From: Orbicella franksi
Lineage: Eukaryota
Length of the DNA stretch: 64,000 nt
Direction: 5' to 3'
Assembly (NCBI GenBank): GCA_964199315.1
Contig: OZ116701.1
Location: 11,780,001 to 11,844,000 of the forward strand
Shown: positions 47,101-59,741 of the stretch, one piece after another
Numbering within the stretch: the stretch's first letter is position 1
How the letters are laid out: each line of letters opens with the position of its first letter
Program-made: the position numbers and the translations under genes
Notes under the pieces: model-generated
Databases searched by the model: none
What the model saw: only the letters and a program-made list of their open reading frames with translations
What the model was told of the DNA's origin: nothing

Positions 47101-50100
47101 ATTACCAATTATTTTTGCATTGTTGTTTTTATAAATTAGAATGAATTGCATGCGTTGGCCGAGACAAGTGCCTACCTGATCAGAACCGTTATCGGAAAGG
47201 TGTGGCCGGCGGAATCTACCACCAACGCTAAAATGAATCTCTGGAATGAATTTCAGATTATGCCAGAAAAGTTATTTTCAGTTGAAAACTGACTCGTTCT
47301 TTCAGGCGTAGATAGTGCGGATTTCAATCGTCATTCGGAAATTATTCTTTGGGGAACTTGCGTCAGTCAATGATTAGTTAAAATGTCTTTCTTACATTTC
47401 TGGGAAGCTTATCTTGAGCCCGCACCACCTGCTCTGCTCAGCGGGTGGCTGTAGTAGTTATCCTTTAGTATGATCATCCGTCATTGAAAGAACTGCTCAC
47501 TGACAGGACATACAGTGTATTATTTCGAAACGTGTCGAATTGCGGAAAACAACCGGAAAAATAAGTGCTATTTATTTTCTTTTTTCTGCCTTTTTATAGC
47601 TTAAAAAAACTCCTGAGAAAGTCAAGGTAAGTCGACATGTAACCTGGAAGATTTTTAGCTAATCTAGCTATTGTAGCATAGCCTAGCAATTTGAAAAGCG
47701 TCTCTAAACGAGTCGTGTTTCTGAAAATTTATGCGTGACTGAGTTTAAACATTGAACCAAAACCGCAAACAATTAGCCAGTTTCGAAAGCCTGATCGAAA
47801 CCTGTTGAAGTTGTCTTAAGTTTATTAGAGGAAAGATAACAGCTGGAGGATCAAAACTCCATTGATGAAAAGGCAAATTAAACAGGAAATGAGGTCACAA
47901 GTGAGCACAGTTTACACTGTGTGGGCGATAGATTGATAACTTGGGTTATTATGCTTTGAAATCAACCTACTAATCCACCAACGCGATTTGCAATAATTGT
48001 TACAATAACCCAGCGAGGTTTGTGAATGACGTCAATGAGTGAAAATCAAAGGTTTCTTTGCTCAGCCTCATCAAGGTTGAACAATAAGAGACTTCACACT
48101 TTAGTACTCAAATACAACAAGTGTACCGAACATGTCTGAAACGCTCAGTGATAATTCACACGTTATCGACACATTTTGAGGTCAACCGGAACTACCTCAC
48201 GTCGTTTCAGCGACTGATACAAAAGCCGAATTATTCAAAACAGAAATGATAGCCTTTATAATGATGCTATGATTACGATTCTCATCAAAAATTGCGGGTT
48301 TGAAATTAGAAAAGGCATACTACAACAGACCAGTTTGTTTAAATGTTCAAGTTAAATTGTCCCTTCTTCCTCTCTTCATTATGCCTAATTTTTCGCTAGT
48401 ATAGACATACAGATCACCTGTTATCTCTACAAAGCTACTCATAATAATATCGCCCTTGCTTACAATTTCGTTTCCGAGCTCTCTAGACCGGCGCTATTCA
48501 TTTCCGGATGAAATCTTAGCAAATTAAAACCAGTTTTTGCAAGAAAGCTGTGCACGGACGGTGCAGAGCTGTTAGACTGAAAAGAAATCAGAGAAAAGGG
48601 AATATCAGGTCGACGTGGGTCCAACCTATTAATAGTATCGATTATATATTGATTCCGTCGCCATTCATGGACACAAGCCGTTGCATGCATGTGGCCACGC
48701 TTATCCATCATAGCGTGACTAAAGAGTGTCATTAATTTTTATTACGGCGTTTTAATTACTTCCTTGTAAAGAGGTACTGAGATAAGCTTTTGCTTCGTTG
48801 GGTGGGATTTCACTGAGCAGTACGTGTGTCCTTGATGAAATAACTTAATTTCGTTAAGACAAAGCTCTTATTAATGAGTGGCGCGTACGAAATACTCAGA
48901 GGTACGCATGCACTTTCAGGCTAACTTATCATTTCAGTTATTCACGTTATCCATGCATAACAACAACAGTTCATTTGCCTTCCTCTACTACGCCGTTTCT
49001 AAGTTTATCATCGTTAAAAAAAAGCTAACGTCAAATCGTGTTTAACATCGTGCCACTGTCAACTGCAATAAAACCAAGGTATTCCCTTATGCTACGAATT
49101 CTGCAAAGTTCGTTGCTAAGAAATGACTGACTTGCAACTAGTGCACACTTCTTTAGCTTTCGTCTCGCAAAACATCGAGTCCCTACCAATCTTTGTACAA
49201 CTTTCTAAACTAGAAATACAGTTTTGCTAGCAACTTGGAATCGGGATATAAATTAGCCTTAGTATCTTGTTGTTTTCGTGATTTCAGTGCTAGAAATTGT
49301 GATGTACGTAACGTTTGGTGATTGGTGGGATTAAAGCTGACGAATCGGCATGACAGTGCAAAGATTTTGTTCCAAAATGCTGACGACGCTGTCACAAGAC
49401 AAAACAATAAAAGCAATAAGCAATATGGCTATTAATAGATTTGAAATCGTTAATCATGTGACGTCAGGGGTTAGTTCCAGTTTATGTCCCCCAACATCTT
49501 GTGAGTCCCTGCACGAGGTGACACGTCAATCAAAATTATCTGATGACGTCACAAAAGTGAAAGAGTTGGGAAATCTAGGAAATCAAAGCAATAGTCCATT
49601 CGTAATGTGCACAATCTTTCACATTGTTAACGGCTTTCGGAAGTGAAGTTTTGCGTTGTTCTGACGTGCGTGGAGCTCAGATAACGAAAATATGTGTTAA
49701 CGATGATGATCATGCGACTAATGGAAGGAAAATTTACAGGGTTGGGTTTAAGCTCTGACTCACACTGTACTGTTCCTTCAGTCGGGTCCGCATATGGTAT
49801 AACCAGTCAACATCCTCTCATTTACCCCTGAACTCTTATTAATCTTAGGTGATTCAGTGCTTTTTCGCGATAGTTAGAAGAGGGGGAAGGGTTTAGTTAT
49901 GTAGCTTGCAGCAGTACAGAAATTACGAACTGAGCCGGACTCTTGTCATGTGCAAATCCAGTCGATGAGTTCTCATTTCTCAGACATTATGAAACCTTGA
50001 ATGACCCACGGCATTGACGTATTCAGCGCTCGGATTTAACGTATGTTGCTGATACGATGGGTTACAGAAGCTGGAACTTACGCAATTTTCTTCGCTTAGA

Positions 50101-52078
50101 TTCGTCAGATTCTTAGTTTGACGTTTGTTTATTGTAAACCTGTAACATAGCCGGGGAGTTTTACATGATTCTAAGTCACGCAATCGGCGCGCGGTTCTTA
50201 CCATTTCACAAACAAAAAAGCTTTGAAGAACGGCTGTTAGAATAAGAGTTGAAAATGTTGCTAAGAACATGAAGGATATTAAATTTTAGCAAGTTTACTA
50301 GGAGCTTACATGGTGAGGTAAAAAGCCGGTGCGTCTTGATGGCAATCAGGTGTCACATCATGCAAACATCACCAGATTTGCTAATAATAGCGTCAACTGA
50401 TGGCGTGACCGAACTGTCGTTGTGTGGCCTGCAGTTGGTGCTTGTGATAGCGCTTATTCTTTATATTATCTATTTATTGCCTGTATGCAAACTCAGCTAG
50501 TTGTACGCTTGGCGAAGCTAGAAAGGTTTAGCCTCTTTACACTGATGTAACATATTTAAATCATTGCAAAATCTGAAAACTGCTAGTGCAGGTGGCTGCC
50601 GAGCGGCAGATTTGTAGCCGCCGACTGTCTGAATTAGGAGACACATCATTTTAGCCTGTTTCTGCATTTGAACTTGTCTTATGTTTCATTATAAGCTATG
50701 ATGGGTTTTCCGCCGTTTATTTCACGCAAAATTAAAATCGGATCTCTTCGCATACTGTTTACAGAGTAGTCACGTCTGACGCATCACAGTGCCGGCTCTG
50801 CAAACAAGATTTCGCAATGACGAAACTTCAATCCAGTCTTGAACTGGTTAAATGACATCAAACCGGTGCCTAGTAAACAAAAAACTGTGCAATCAATTCA
50901 ATCGTTCGATAGCCATACATGACACGTAGTGAAGGCTGATCGTCACCTTCAGTGACATTTTGGATGTACTTTTCTCTTGACGTATATGCACATGAAATGG
51001 AAAATTCCAAAAGTAGACTAATATAACGTATTACAGCGTGCTTACGTTACGGCCTCTGGTCTTTGCAAACCGATCGATGCTGACAAGTAGCTGAATGCCC
51101 GGGCTGAATCGTTGGAGCATGTTGAAATGTCAAGGCTAATGTGCGGGGTTTTGCTTGTCTGCAAGTCTCGCTATTTTCGTAGGCCGGTTCGGGTTTGTCC
51201 CTAATCTCAAGGCATCCCCGTGACCTGGATGATATCAAACAGAAGACCTTTATTGTCCGTGTTTTCATTCCCCTCCTTATTAAGAGAAAATAGCTGATTA
51301 TTTGTGTAAAAGTTCATCGGCGATATTTGCAGGAGGGACTTCTAGTTTCCTAAAACACGATTAAACGTACAATTTATTCAGACCGAATGTTGTCTGGCGT
51401 CGGTGCATTTTTTGAATACAAAATCGGCATCTGTCTGTCTTCACAAATCGCATTTAAGAAACATTTCCAGACAGCTTAGCTGTGTAACAGCCTTTTTTGC
51501 TACCACAATTTAATATTCTCTCGCCAATATTATTTAACAGCTTTTCCGATGGCCGGTGTTTTCGTTTCAGCTCGGCAGACTTCAGTTTTGTGTTTACATT
51601 TTTGTCTCGATTATAAAACTCTACTTTTTAAAATTTCTAGCAAGGGAGTACCGGAAAAGCGTTCTCTGGAAAGATTAAAAAAAAACCAAAACAAAAAAAG
51701 CAGAAAGAATCGATAAGTCGAAGGTAGATCGTGTCTAGAATTGAATTCTTCTTACGTTATTTCGCAATTCACTCTATCACGGCAAACCCAATAATATGCA
51801 TAATTAACTACGTCACGCGCGTTCTAGAATATTCAGTCTGTCTCGTGCAAATCGCTGAAACTTGAATAAAACCGAAAGAAAACTTTTCTAAACGTTTTTA
51901 TTCGCAACTAAGAAGAATTTATCTACCATGTTAGACAGAAAACTGAGCCATGGACCTCCAAAGATGAAAGACTTAACACTCGATCGCATCGTCGTGTACA
52001 AATAGATCGTGTTACTAGTCGATTCGAGCTCTTTATCTTGGTTTCTTTTGCTGTTGTTACCTAGCAACAGAAAATCAA

Positions 52079-52190
52079 CCAATCTTGTGATTGGCCCGTG
52101 AAGCTTGCTGACGCGCGGTGATGTTTTGCTAATTTTAGAAGAAACGTAATGGTTGTGATGCTAATGTATTCCATCGAATAATATATATCT
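52079..52190 (+). promoter_or_regulatory. Candidate core promoter of the bZIP gene (CCAAT, inverted CCAAT, half-CRE TGACG, TATA-like)
   Basis: CCAAT at 52079, ATTGG at 52090, TGACG at 52109, TATATA at 52182, about 150 bp upstream of the first in-frame ATG; motif evidence only. Confidence 0.4.
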
Positions 52191-52336
52191 GCGTTTGCTG
52201 GGGCTTTCCCAGAATAAAGGTGATCTCAACAAGTCATATCTGGGAAAGAACCAGTGGACACGCGCGAAAAGTGAACCATTGTTTGATGCTCGATTACACC
52301 CACGTGCTGGATTTGGATAAAACCTCAGCTTCGAAC

Positions 52337-54589
52337 ATGTTGATGCGACATTTGAATTTGCCACTGCCTATGGACACAAACTCCAGCGACGAGCGAAATT
52401 TTCTCTCTGGAGCCGCGAAAATGCCAGTCCCTTATCATCTAGATGAATCCGACAGCGATTCCATCGTAAGCTGAAAATTTTCATCTGATTTTTATTTTCT
52501 CTGTTTGCGGGTTTACCAAAGCGAGTGCTCGCTTCGATCGAGTGTTCGCATTGAAACTCGAACGGCGCTTTAAACTTAAATTTGTCTCAGGATCACTTAG
52601 AAGTAGTCACGTTCGTTTTATTCGCGACTTGGGTTTAGTTTAAATAATGCTATAGATTTCACTAGGGGAAAAATCAGATTATTGAAACAGTTCCTTTAAT
52701 TTCAGCCCTTCTTATATGTAAAATCATGATTTATGAAAGACGCACTGAACCAATCGATGTAAATAATGTCACGATTCTATAATTAGTGTGTAACGAATAT
52801 CTGACTCGGCAAATTTAAGTTCCACTATGAAATTATTACTTGGACTGGTTTTAAGTTGAGATTTTCGCATTGCGGTTGCAGAACGAGACTAGAACATAAA
52901 AAAGCGAATGGTAATGATTTTATATTACTTACTTTATACGACGGTGAATTTCGCAACGTTGGGCAAGATATGTTAATGACGCTAGTTGTAATATAATAAA
53001 CAAGCTTGCTCTGGTTGACGTTATCAGCATTAATCAAATGTTTTTCTTTCGATCTTGATTAAAACAGGTTTCGAGCGAAGATGCTGCAAGCTACACCGAA
53101 CTTGTTCCTTTGACAAGTGGCGCTAAAGAAGAAGTCAAAATGGGTCTTCGAAACGCGATACAAACAAGAAGAGTCGCACAGGGATTAGATGGAATGCCTC
53201 ATCTCGAACCAAAAAGACCCAAGGTTGAAGTGGTAAGTCGATCGATCGAACCGCCTTATCCCTAGAAAATTTATTTCCAATTTTATTGCATTATCCAGCG
53301 CGCGCGTTTTGAATAGAACGCTGTTATTTTGCGGTTTTGTAAAACAATAAGTGTATGCTAATATGTTGAGAGTGTCATCGAAGGTCACCGTCAGAAATGA
53401 CATTTTCCCCTATTTGTATTTCTCTCAGCTCTCCTTCGAGGAAGAAGAGAAAAGAAGGATACGAAGAGAGCGAAACAAGATCGCAGCTTTCAAATGTAGA
53501 CAGCGGAGGAAAGAACACATGCAGAAACTTCAAGACGTGAGTGGTCAAGCCGTCAAATATTGTTTTTCGACAATACTCGTCTTGTGACTCTTGTCACGCA
53601 TGAGACCGGAAGTAATCTGACCAGGCGAAAAGTCACGCGCGTCACATGATTAGTACACATCGTTCTTTGTCGTTTCTGTTTTGGTTCCGTTTGAACAGAG
53701 ATCATAAATTGTTTTTACAAAAAAAGAAGAGAACGGATTTCTTTGACTGGCATTACACCCACGTATAAATTTCCGATTATTTAGAGCCTGCATTCCGCTC
53801 GGAGACCAAATTTGGTCAGACTGTTGTCGTGTGGGCGTGACTGCTGTGAACGCGAGGAAAGGCGTTGCCCCTCTACACATAAAAATTCTTTAGAAAATAA
53901 TTTAGAGAGGAAATTCAGTTATTTGGTTCCGAACTATCTCGAGAAAATAGAGACACGACTAGCGGTAAACATTTTAGGTTAAAACAATGACAATACTGTT
54001 AAAATTAAAGGGAGTGCTGACACTTTATACTATTTTTGAGAAAATTTTTTCCCTTCTGAAATAACGGGTTTCTTTTGGCGATAAGTGAAATAAATAGGGC
54101 TCTCTCTATGGTTACGACGGAGTCATGTTTTTAAATGTTTTAGTTAAAAATTGCGACTCTCAGTGAGTTGTGTTTGTTTTCAAGAATGTCGTTTACGTTT
54201 TACCAACATTTCAAGGTACATATATTTTGAAGATTTATCAGTATTGACATTCATCAGATTAGTCTTTATAACGTGATGACACTTAACGAACCAATATGGC
54301 TGACGAAGTGTTATCTGTTTCGTTTTTGTAGGAAAGTGATGACTTGAACTCTGAAAACAGTTCTCTAGAAAGAGAATTAGAGGCCCTCAAAGCACAAAAA
54401 GAACAGTTGGAAAGAATGTTCCGAAGCCATGTGTGTGTCTTAAAGGACACGAAATCAAACGAAAACAAAACAACAGCGGCGGAACACTCGTGCGAAGCCA
54501 AATCACCACAGCCGTGTTCATCGGAGGTAGTAAAGTCCAACGAGCCCTCGAGTCCAACAAGCCCTGTTGGAGATTCTGTGAAAGCTTGA
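52337..54589 (+). CDS. FOS/ATF3-family bZIP transcription factor, about 219 aa; exons 52337-52465, 53068-53232, 53429-53536, 54332-54589
   Basis: Basic region [29 protein letters not shown], leucine zipper LQD|[35 protein letters not shown], and an ATF3/JDP2-like upstream motif [13 protein letters not shown]. All introns are phase 0 GT-AG, and the two around the basic region match the FOS/ATF3 positions. The start ATG (52337 vs 52343/52370/52421) and FOS vs ATF3 orthology are unresolved. Confidence 0.9.
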
Positions 54590-57500
54590 TTTGTTAAGTT
54601 ACTTATTAGCGTATAGCTGACTCGGTGTGGAATCATAGCCCCGTGCGACCTTCGTTCAAGCTCCATTTCCGAGAGATGTTCCAACCATGTGGTTGACACA
54701 CTAGGACGGAGACACTCGCCAAAGTTTCGTTGGTTCACCCAAGCACTGAGCCAAGAATATAAATCTATTCCCACTCCTATAACTGCTTATCGAGCACAGA
54801 AAGGGATAGATATAATGAATAATTATTTGGTATTTAGACGAGTTTGTTTAAACGGTTTAAAGTACTGCATAGCTAAGTTTCAATTTTCACTTGCAGTAAA
54901 TCGCTACAGAACTGTCAAACGTTCCTCGTAAATTTACATTCAGGCAGATTGATAGTCGAGCGATAAAAGATTTGAGCAGGAAACGAGTGTTGTGGTTATT
55001 TTAACGTAATTCTTTTTTTCTCAACTAGATTAGAAGTTTCGGATTAAATTTATTAACCTATTTATACATAAGAGGAGAACAGTTAATATATGGTAGTTTT
55101 TGGGACATTTTTGAAAATTCTAGTTTAGTTTGTGGCGACACTTTTTAGCTAAGTTATTCCGGAAAGTTTTTTTTTTGCTCTTTATGACGGAGAAAAAGTT
55201 CTTTCGGGCTGTGATATACATTTAGCAGTTTTTTCGTTTCGCTGTTGTTCGTTGGCTACTAACCGGTGAAAAACAGAAAGATCGAAAAACAAGGCGATTG
55301 AAACTAGTTAGAGAGTTTCCAATTAGAGGAAAATATTGTTCGTTTGGTTAAACATGTCTAGAGGAAGATGAAGTCAGTCAAAGAAGAGAAGACATTCTCC
55401 GCGAGTGTAAGCCTTTCGGTGTATTTGACACGACCACATTTTCTGGTAATAAGGTATATTAAAAATATACAAGTATTTATTTGGTAATTTCACTGAAGAG
55501 AACCTTGCAGGACTGAGCTTTGTTGGCTTGTAAAACAGGAGAAATGTAGAAACCATTAACTAATCAGAGTGTACATAGATACATTGCCATATCACGCATG
55601 GTGAAAGTACGTCCGTTCAAGCACCGGAAATTGTAGTAAGTTATTGATAGTTAAAGTTTGTGGAAGTTTCTTTCAGACTGTCCGTTTGAGTTGTACGACT
55701 TTTGTAATATAGCCAGACATAGAAAATGTTAATGTTTTGAGCGTTACAGCGTGGATGATAATAAAAAAGAAATTCAGTGATTTTAAAAATTGTTTTGTCT
55801 TAGTATTTGGAAAATTTTAAAACCACAATTGGACGTGACTCGTAGCCAGGAAGATGACATTCTTTCACTGTGACGTAGTTGGTTTTAAAATTCTTTTTTT
55901 TTTTTCTGCAGTTACAACACTGTTGCATTTAGTAAGCACATCCTCAGTAATAATTATTTGTTACCAGGAAACGCCATTCATCAAGACTGAATGGCTGCCA
56001 TAATCCGAGTAATTCCTGGCAAGATGACGCATAAACGAGAAAAAGGAATTCCAACTAATATATTGATCGATGAGATAATAATTTTAAAATAGGCGCACGG
56101 ATATTTCAGAAGGTTTATCAGGATTGTCTGAGAAAACAATAGAACTATCTCTTAAAACAATAAGAGGGGCGTGAAACAGGGTACGACTGGTATTACAGAT
56201 TCTGAAGAGCTGCGCGTCTTCTGATAATTAAAGCCAAAAATAATATTCATTGCGATGGTACTTTGAATGTGAGAGGAGGTGGAAAATTTAAAAGTGCTAG
56301 ATTTGAATTTAAAGAGAGTTAATTATATCTAAACAAGCTATTTAATAAATTTAATGATTTTAAAATGTTAATTCTCACTAGCCAATATTCAACCGAGAAC
56401 AGAATAAAGGGGTCTACTTCCTGCCTCTTGAAACTCCAATAATGATAGAAAAAAACTGTAGTACCATTCGAGAACGAAGCCGAGAAAGAGGCATTTAGAG
56501 GTAGTCTTTAAGGTTCGAATCGTTAAGGTCAGTTGTAATGCACTGAACTGCTTTTCCATAGCGAATTCCATCTACTTTCAGTTCAAACCTGTCCGAAAAG
56601 AAGGCCCTGGCCAGCTTCCGTGTATCAAATGTATGAGACATTATGGATACTTTTCTGACAAAATGATCTAATTGTTCTGCTATAACTCACTTCCTTCCTG
56701 GTTAGCTGCCAATATTCACATGAGAATATAAAGAAAACTATTTCCTTTGTCTTCGATCCAGTTTTAATAAGACCAGCATATTTTCTATGTTTTTCCTCGA
56801 AAATATGTCCTCATCCATAAGCATACAGTTCTCATTGAACCTAGCGAAACTTCCGAAAATCGGATCTTTGGATATTTTTTCTTAGGTAAAGCTTGTCAAA
56901 GTTATCTTCAGACAGTTTGCGGGCGAGCAGGAATACACGGCGTTTCTGAGGGCTAAAATATAGCCGACGTAGACAATATTACTGAAATATTTGCCTAAGC
57001 TTCACAAAATGGAGATTTGTCGGCTTGATTCCGCCTTTCAGTGTAATGTCGCTGCTTTCGCCTTTTCTTGGTTACGTTTTGTGCTTTTGCTTATTCCCTG
57101 TCAAGTAGTTTGTTTCAAAACAAAACAATTTCGCTCGGTATGTGCGTCCCTTTTCCGTAAGTGCTAAGAAAACAGGGAGGTTACTCAATGTATACCACCT
57201 TGATACAACCTTCTTCTCATTCTGCATTTTTCTAGTAAATACCTGAAATTGGCCAACGATGTCACCAATAATTAATTTCATAAGATCGTTGATGTAACCA
57301 AGAAAAATGCAGTTTACAGATACGCTTAAAATCGCTTCGATATGTATAAACTTAGCGATTGAAAAATGTCCCTATTGTCCACCATTCAACTCCCGGTACC
57401 CTTTCAAAAACAACCAAAGTGTCTGCATCGTTACACTGGGGAAAGGTCAGTAGAAATATATTTATAATTAAATTTATCAGCGACAGTGAACTGGGAGTGG

Positions 57501-58188
57501 AATCGGAGAGTTTAATTTCCGCGAGTGCACACGTGAAAGATCAAAGTTTTTGTTTTTTGGCAACGGTATTCTAATATAATCTCGAGTCTTATCAGTAGAG
57601 GGTCCGAAAAGGGTCAGTTGATTCAATATTCAAAGATTATAAAAACAGCTCCCAATTTATACAAACTGAACTGAGATCGGCGTGATGTTATTTTTTACAC
57701 ACACGCACACACATAAAATGTAGCCGAAACTATTAAGTAATCAGAACGTACATAGATACATTGCCATATTCATGTAAAGTTGTTTCAGTTCACGCATGGT
57801 GAAAGTACTTCCGTTCAAGAACCGGAAATTGTAGTAAGTTATTGAGAGTTAGAGTTTGTGAAGTTTCTTTCAGACTGTCCGTTTGAGTTGTACGACCTTT
57901 GTAATATAGCCAGGCATAGAAAATGTTAATATATTTAAGCGTTTTAGCGTTTATCACAGTTTTTGGAGAATTGTAAAACCACAATTGGACGTGACTCGTA
58001 GCCAGGAAGTGTACATTCTTTCACTGTGACGTAGTTGGTTTTAAAATCCTTTTTTTTTTTCCTGGCAGTTACAACACTGTTTCATTCTGTGTGTACATCC
58101 TTAGTAGTTCGTTTTAAACAAAACGTAGATGATTTCTAAATTCCAGCACGTTCAACTGGTGGTTCAATACATCCTGTTAATCGATGAT

Positions 58189-58200
58189 ATAATAATAATA

Positions 58201-58233
<33 letters not shown>
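58189..58233. repeat. (TAA)n microsatellite tract 1
   Basis: About 15 units with one interruption. Confidence 0.97.
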
Positions 58234-58236
<3 letters not shown>

Positions 58237-58503
58237 CTCACAAAGTACAAAGATCTTGAGATTGAAATCGAGAAAACGTGGGGGATGAAAACAACAACTG
58301 TCCCAGTGATAATTGAAGCTTTCGGGCTTGTCAAGAAGAGAACAGAAAACTACATCGGCAAGATCCTAGGCACTATTAGAATAACAGAGCTACAGAAGAC
58401 CGTCCTCCTTGGAACTGCTCACATACTTAGGAGGACTCTATCCATCAAGTAATCCGGCAGACTTACAACTGCCCTAGGCTCACGGATTGACCTCGGCACC
58501 ATA

Positions 58504-58506
<3 letters not shown>
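58234..58506 (+). mobile_element. 3' fragment of an R4/Dong-type RLE non-LTR retrotransposon (family 1)
   Basis: KLTKYKDLEIEIEKTWGMKTTTVPVIIEAFGLV...LLGTAHILRRTLSIK*, short 3'UTR, (TAA)n on both sides. Confidence 0.8.

Positions 58507-58570
<64 letters not shown>
58507..58570. repeat. (TAA)n microsatellite tract 2
   Basis: About 21 units. Confidence 0.97.
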
Positions 58571-58571
<1 letters not shown>

Positions 58572-59679
58572 GAGGGTTCCATCCACGGGACTGCGTGGCA
58601 CGACTTTATGTGCCAAGGAAGGACGGAGGGAGAGGTTTGATATCCGTAGAGGATTGTGTCAATCAAGCAAAGATATCGCTAGAATGTTATGTCCAAACAA
58701 GCGAGGAAGAACTGTTAAAAGCCGTCAGGAGGGATGGGGATGAGAATAGAGAAACAGCTGCCAACTTTAAAGCGAGGAGAAGAACTGAAAATATTCAAGA
58801 CTGGAAAGAAAAGCCGTTATATGGACAGTTTGCAAGACAGGGTGAAGAACAAAGAAGCGAGGAAACATGGACCTGGTTAAAAGAAGGAAAGCTCAAGAGA
58901 GAAACAGAAGCTCTTATCATTGCTGTACAAGATCAAGCAATACGAACAAACTATATTAAAACGATGGTTGACAAGTCACAGAATGACCCGAAATGTAGAA
59001 TCTGTAAGCAGAGTAACGAGACCATTAGCCATATTGTAAGTTCGTGCTCGAAACTGGCACAAAAAGAATACAAAAGGAGACATGATAACGTGGTTAGAGC
59101 AATCCACTGGGACCTGTCAGGAAAATGTGGGTTTGAACGAAAGGAGAGATGGTATGACCATGTTCCAGACAGTGTGCTTGAAAATGAGGATTACAAACTT
59201 CTATGGGACTTCAGTGTGCGAACAGACCATGAAATAGGGGCTAGGAGACCGGATTTGGTGATCATTGACAAGAGAGACAAGAGCTGTCAGATCATAGATG
59301 TGGCAATTCCAGAGGATAATGGGGTGAGAGAGAAGGAAGATGAAAAAGTTGAAAAGTATCAAGATCTAGCAAGAGAAGTTCGAAAAATGTGGGGTGTGAG
59401 GACAAAGGTTATTCCAGTGGTAGTGGGAGCATTGGGATCAATACCACTGAGATTGAAGGACAATCTGAGAGCCATTGAGGTGGGCATTCCTGTTGGACTG
59501 ATCCAGAGATGTGCATTGTTGGGGTCGGCAAGAATTCTTAGAAAGGTGCTGGAGATGTAGAAAGAAGAGAAAAAGCAAACAAGGGGTGTTTCTTGGCTTC
59601 CCTAGGCAACTTGTTGTTGCCCGGAGCCAATGAAGAAACCAGCTTCAATATCATCAATAGCTGTGCGAATCTTTAATCA
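58571..59679 (+). mobile_element. 5'-truncated R4/Dong-type RLE non-LTR retrotransposon (family 2), open ORF to 59560
   Basis: GGFHPRDCVARLYVPRKDGGRGL, CCHC knuckle CRICKQSNETISHIVSSC, restriction-like endonuclease RRPDLV...IIDVAIP...EKVEKYQDL; flanked by (TAA)n. Confidence 0.9.
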
Positions 59680-59702
59680 TAATAATAATAATAATAATAA
59701 TA

Positions 59703-59740
<38 letters not shown>

Positions 59741-59741
59741 T
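59680..59741. repeat. (TAA)n microsatellite tract 3
   Basis: About 20 units with one interruption. Confidence 0.97.

Larger units (their letters stand above)
31185..50142 (+). repeat. Large diverged tandem duplication: copy A 31185-39725, copy B 39726-50142
   Basis: Colinear similarity throughout, e.g. 31185 tgattgttgcgtttttaaattcc vs 39726 tgattgttgcttttttaaattcc, and 39601-39720 vs 50020-50140. Visually about 80-85% identical, with copy-specific insertions. Confidence 0.95.

Noticed and set aside
31185-50142. Uncollapsed haplotype artefact as the explanation for the large duplication
   Set aside because: The copies appear too diverged and carry reciprocal, TSD-bounded insertions; read-level confirmation is still needed.
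53477-53500. Unusual AAFKCR in the bZIP basic region
   Set aside because: The DNA-contacting N-x-x-A-A-x-x-C-R residues are intact and F is at a variable position; no basis to claim altered specificity.
54283-54774. 163-aa minus-strand ORF
   Set aside because: Antisense shadow of bZIP exon 4; no recognisable motif.
56512-56521. GGTTCGAATC, tRNA T-loop/B-box-like
   Set aside because: No cloverleaf or A-box; the paralogous site in copy D reads GGTGCGAATC.
58129-58233. Poly-Ile protein segments in the ORF track (also 58463-58666)
   Set aside because: Translation of (ATA/ATT)n microsatellites.
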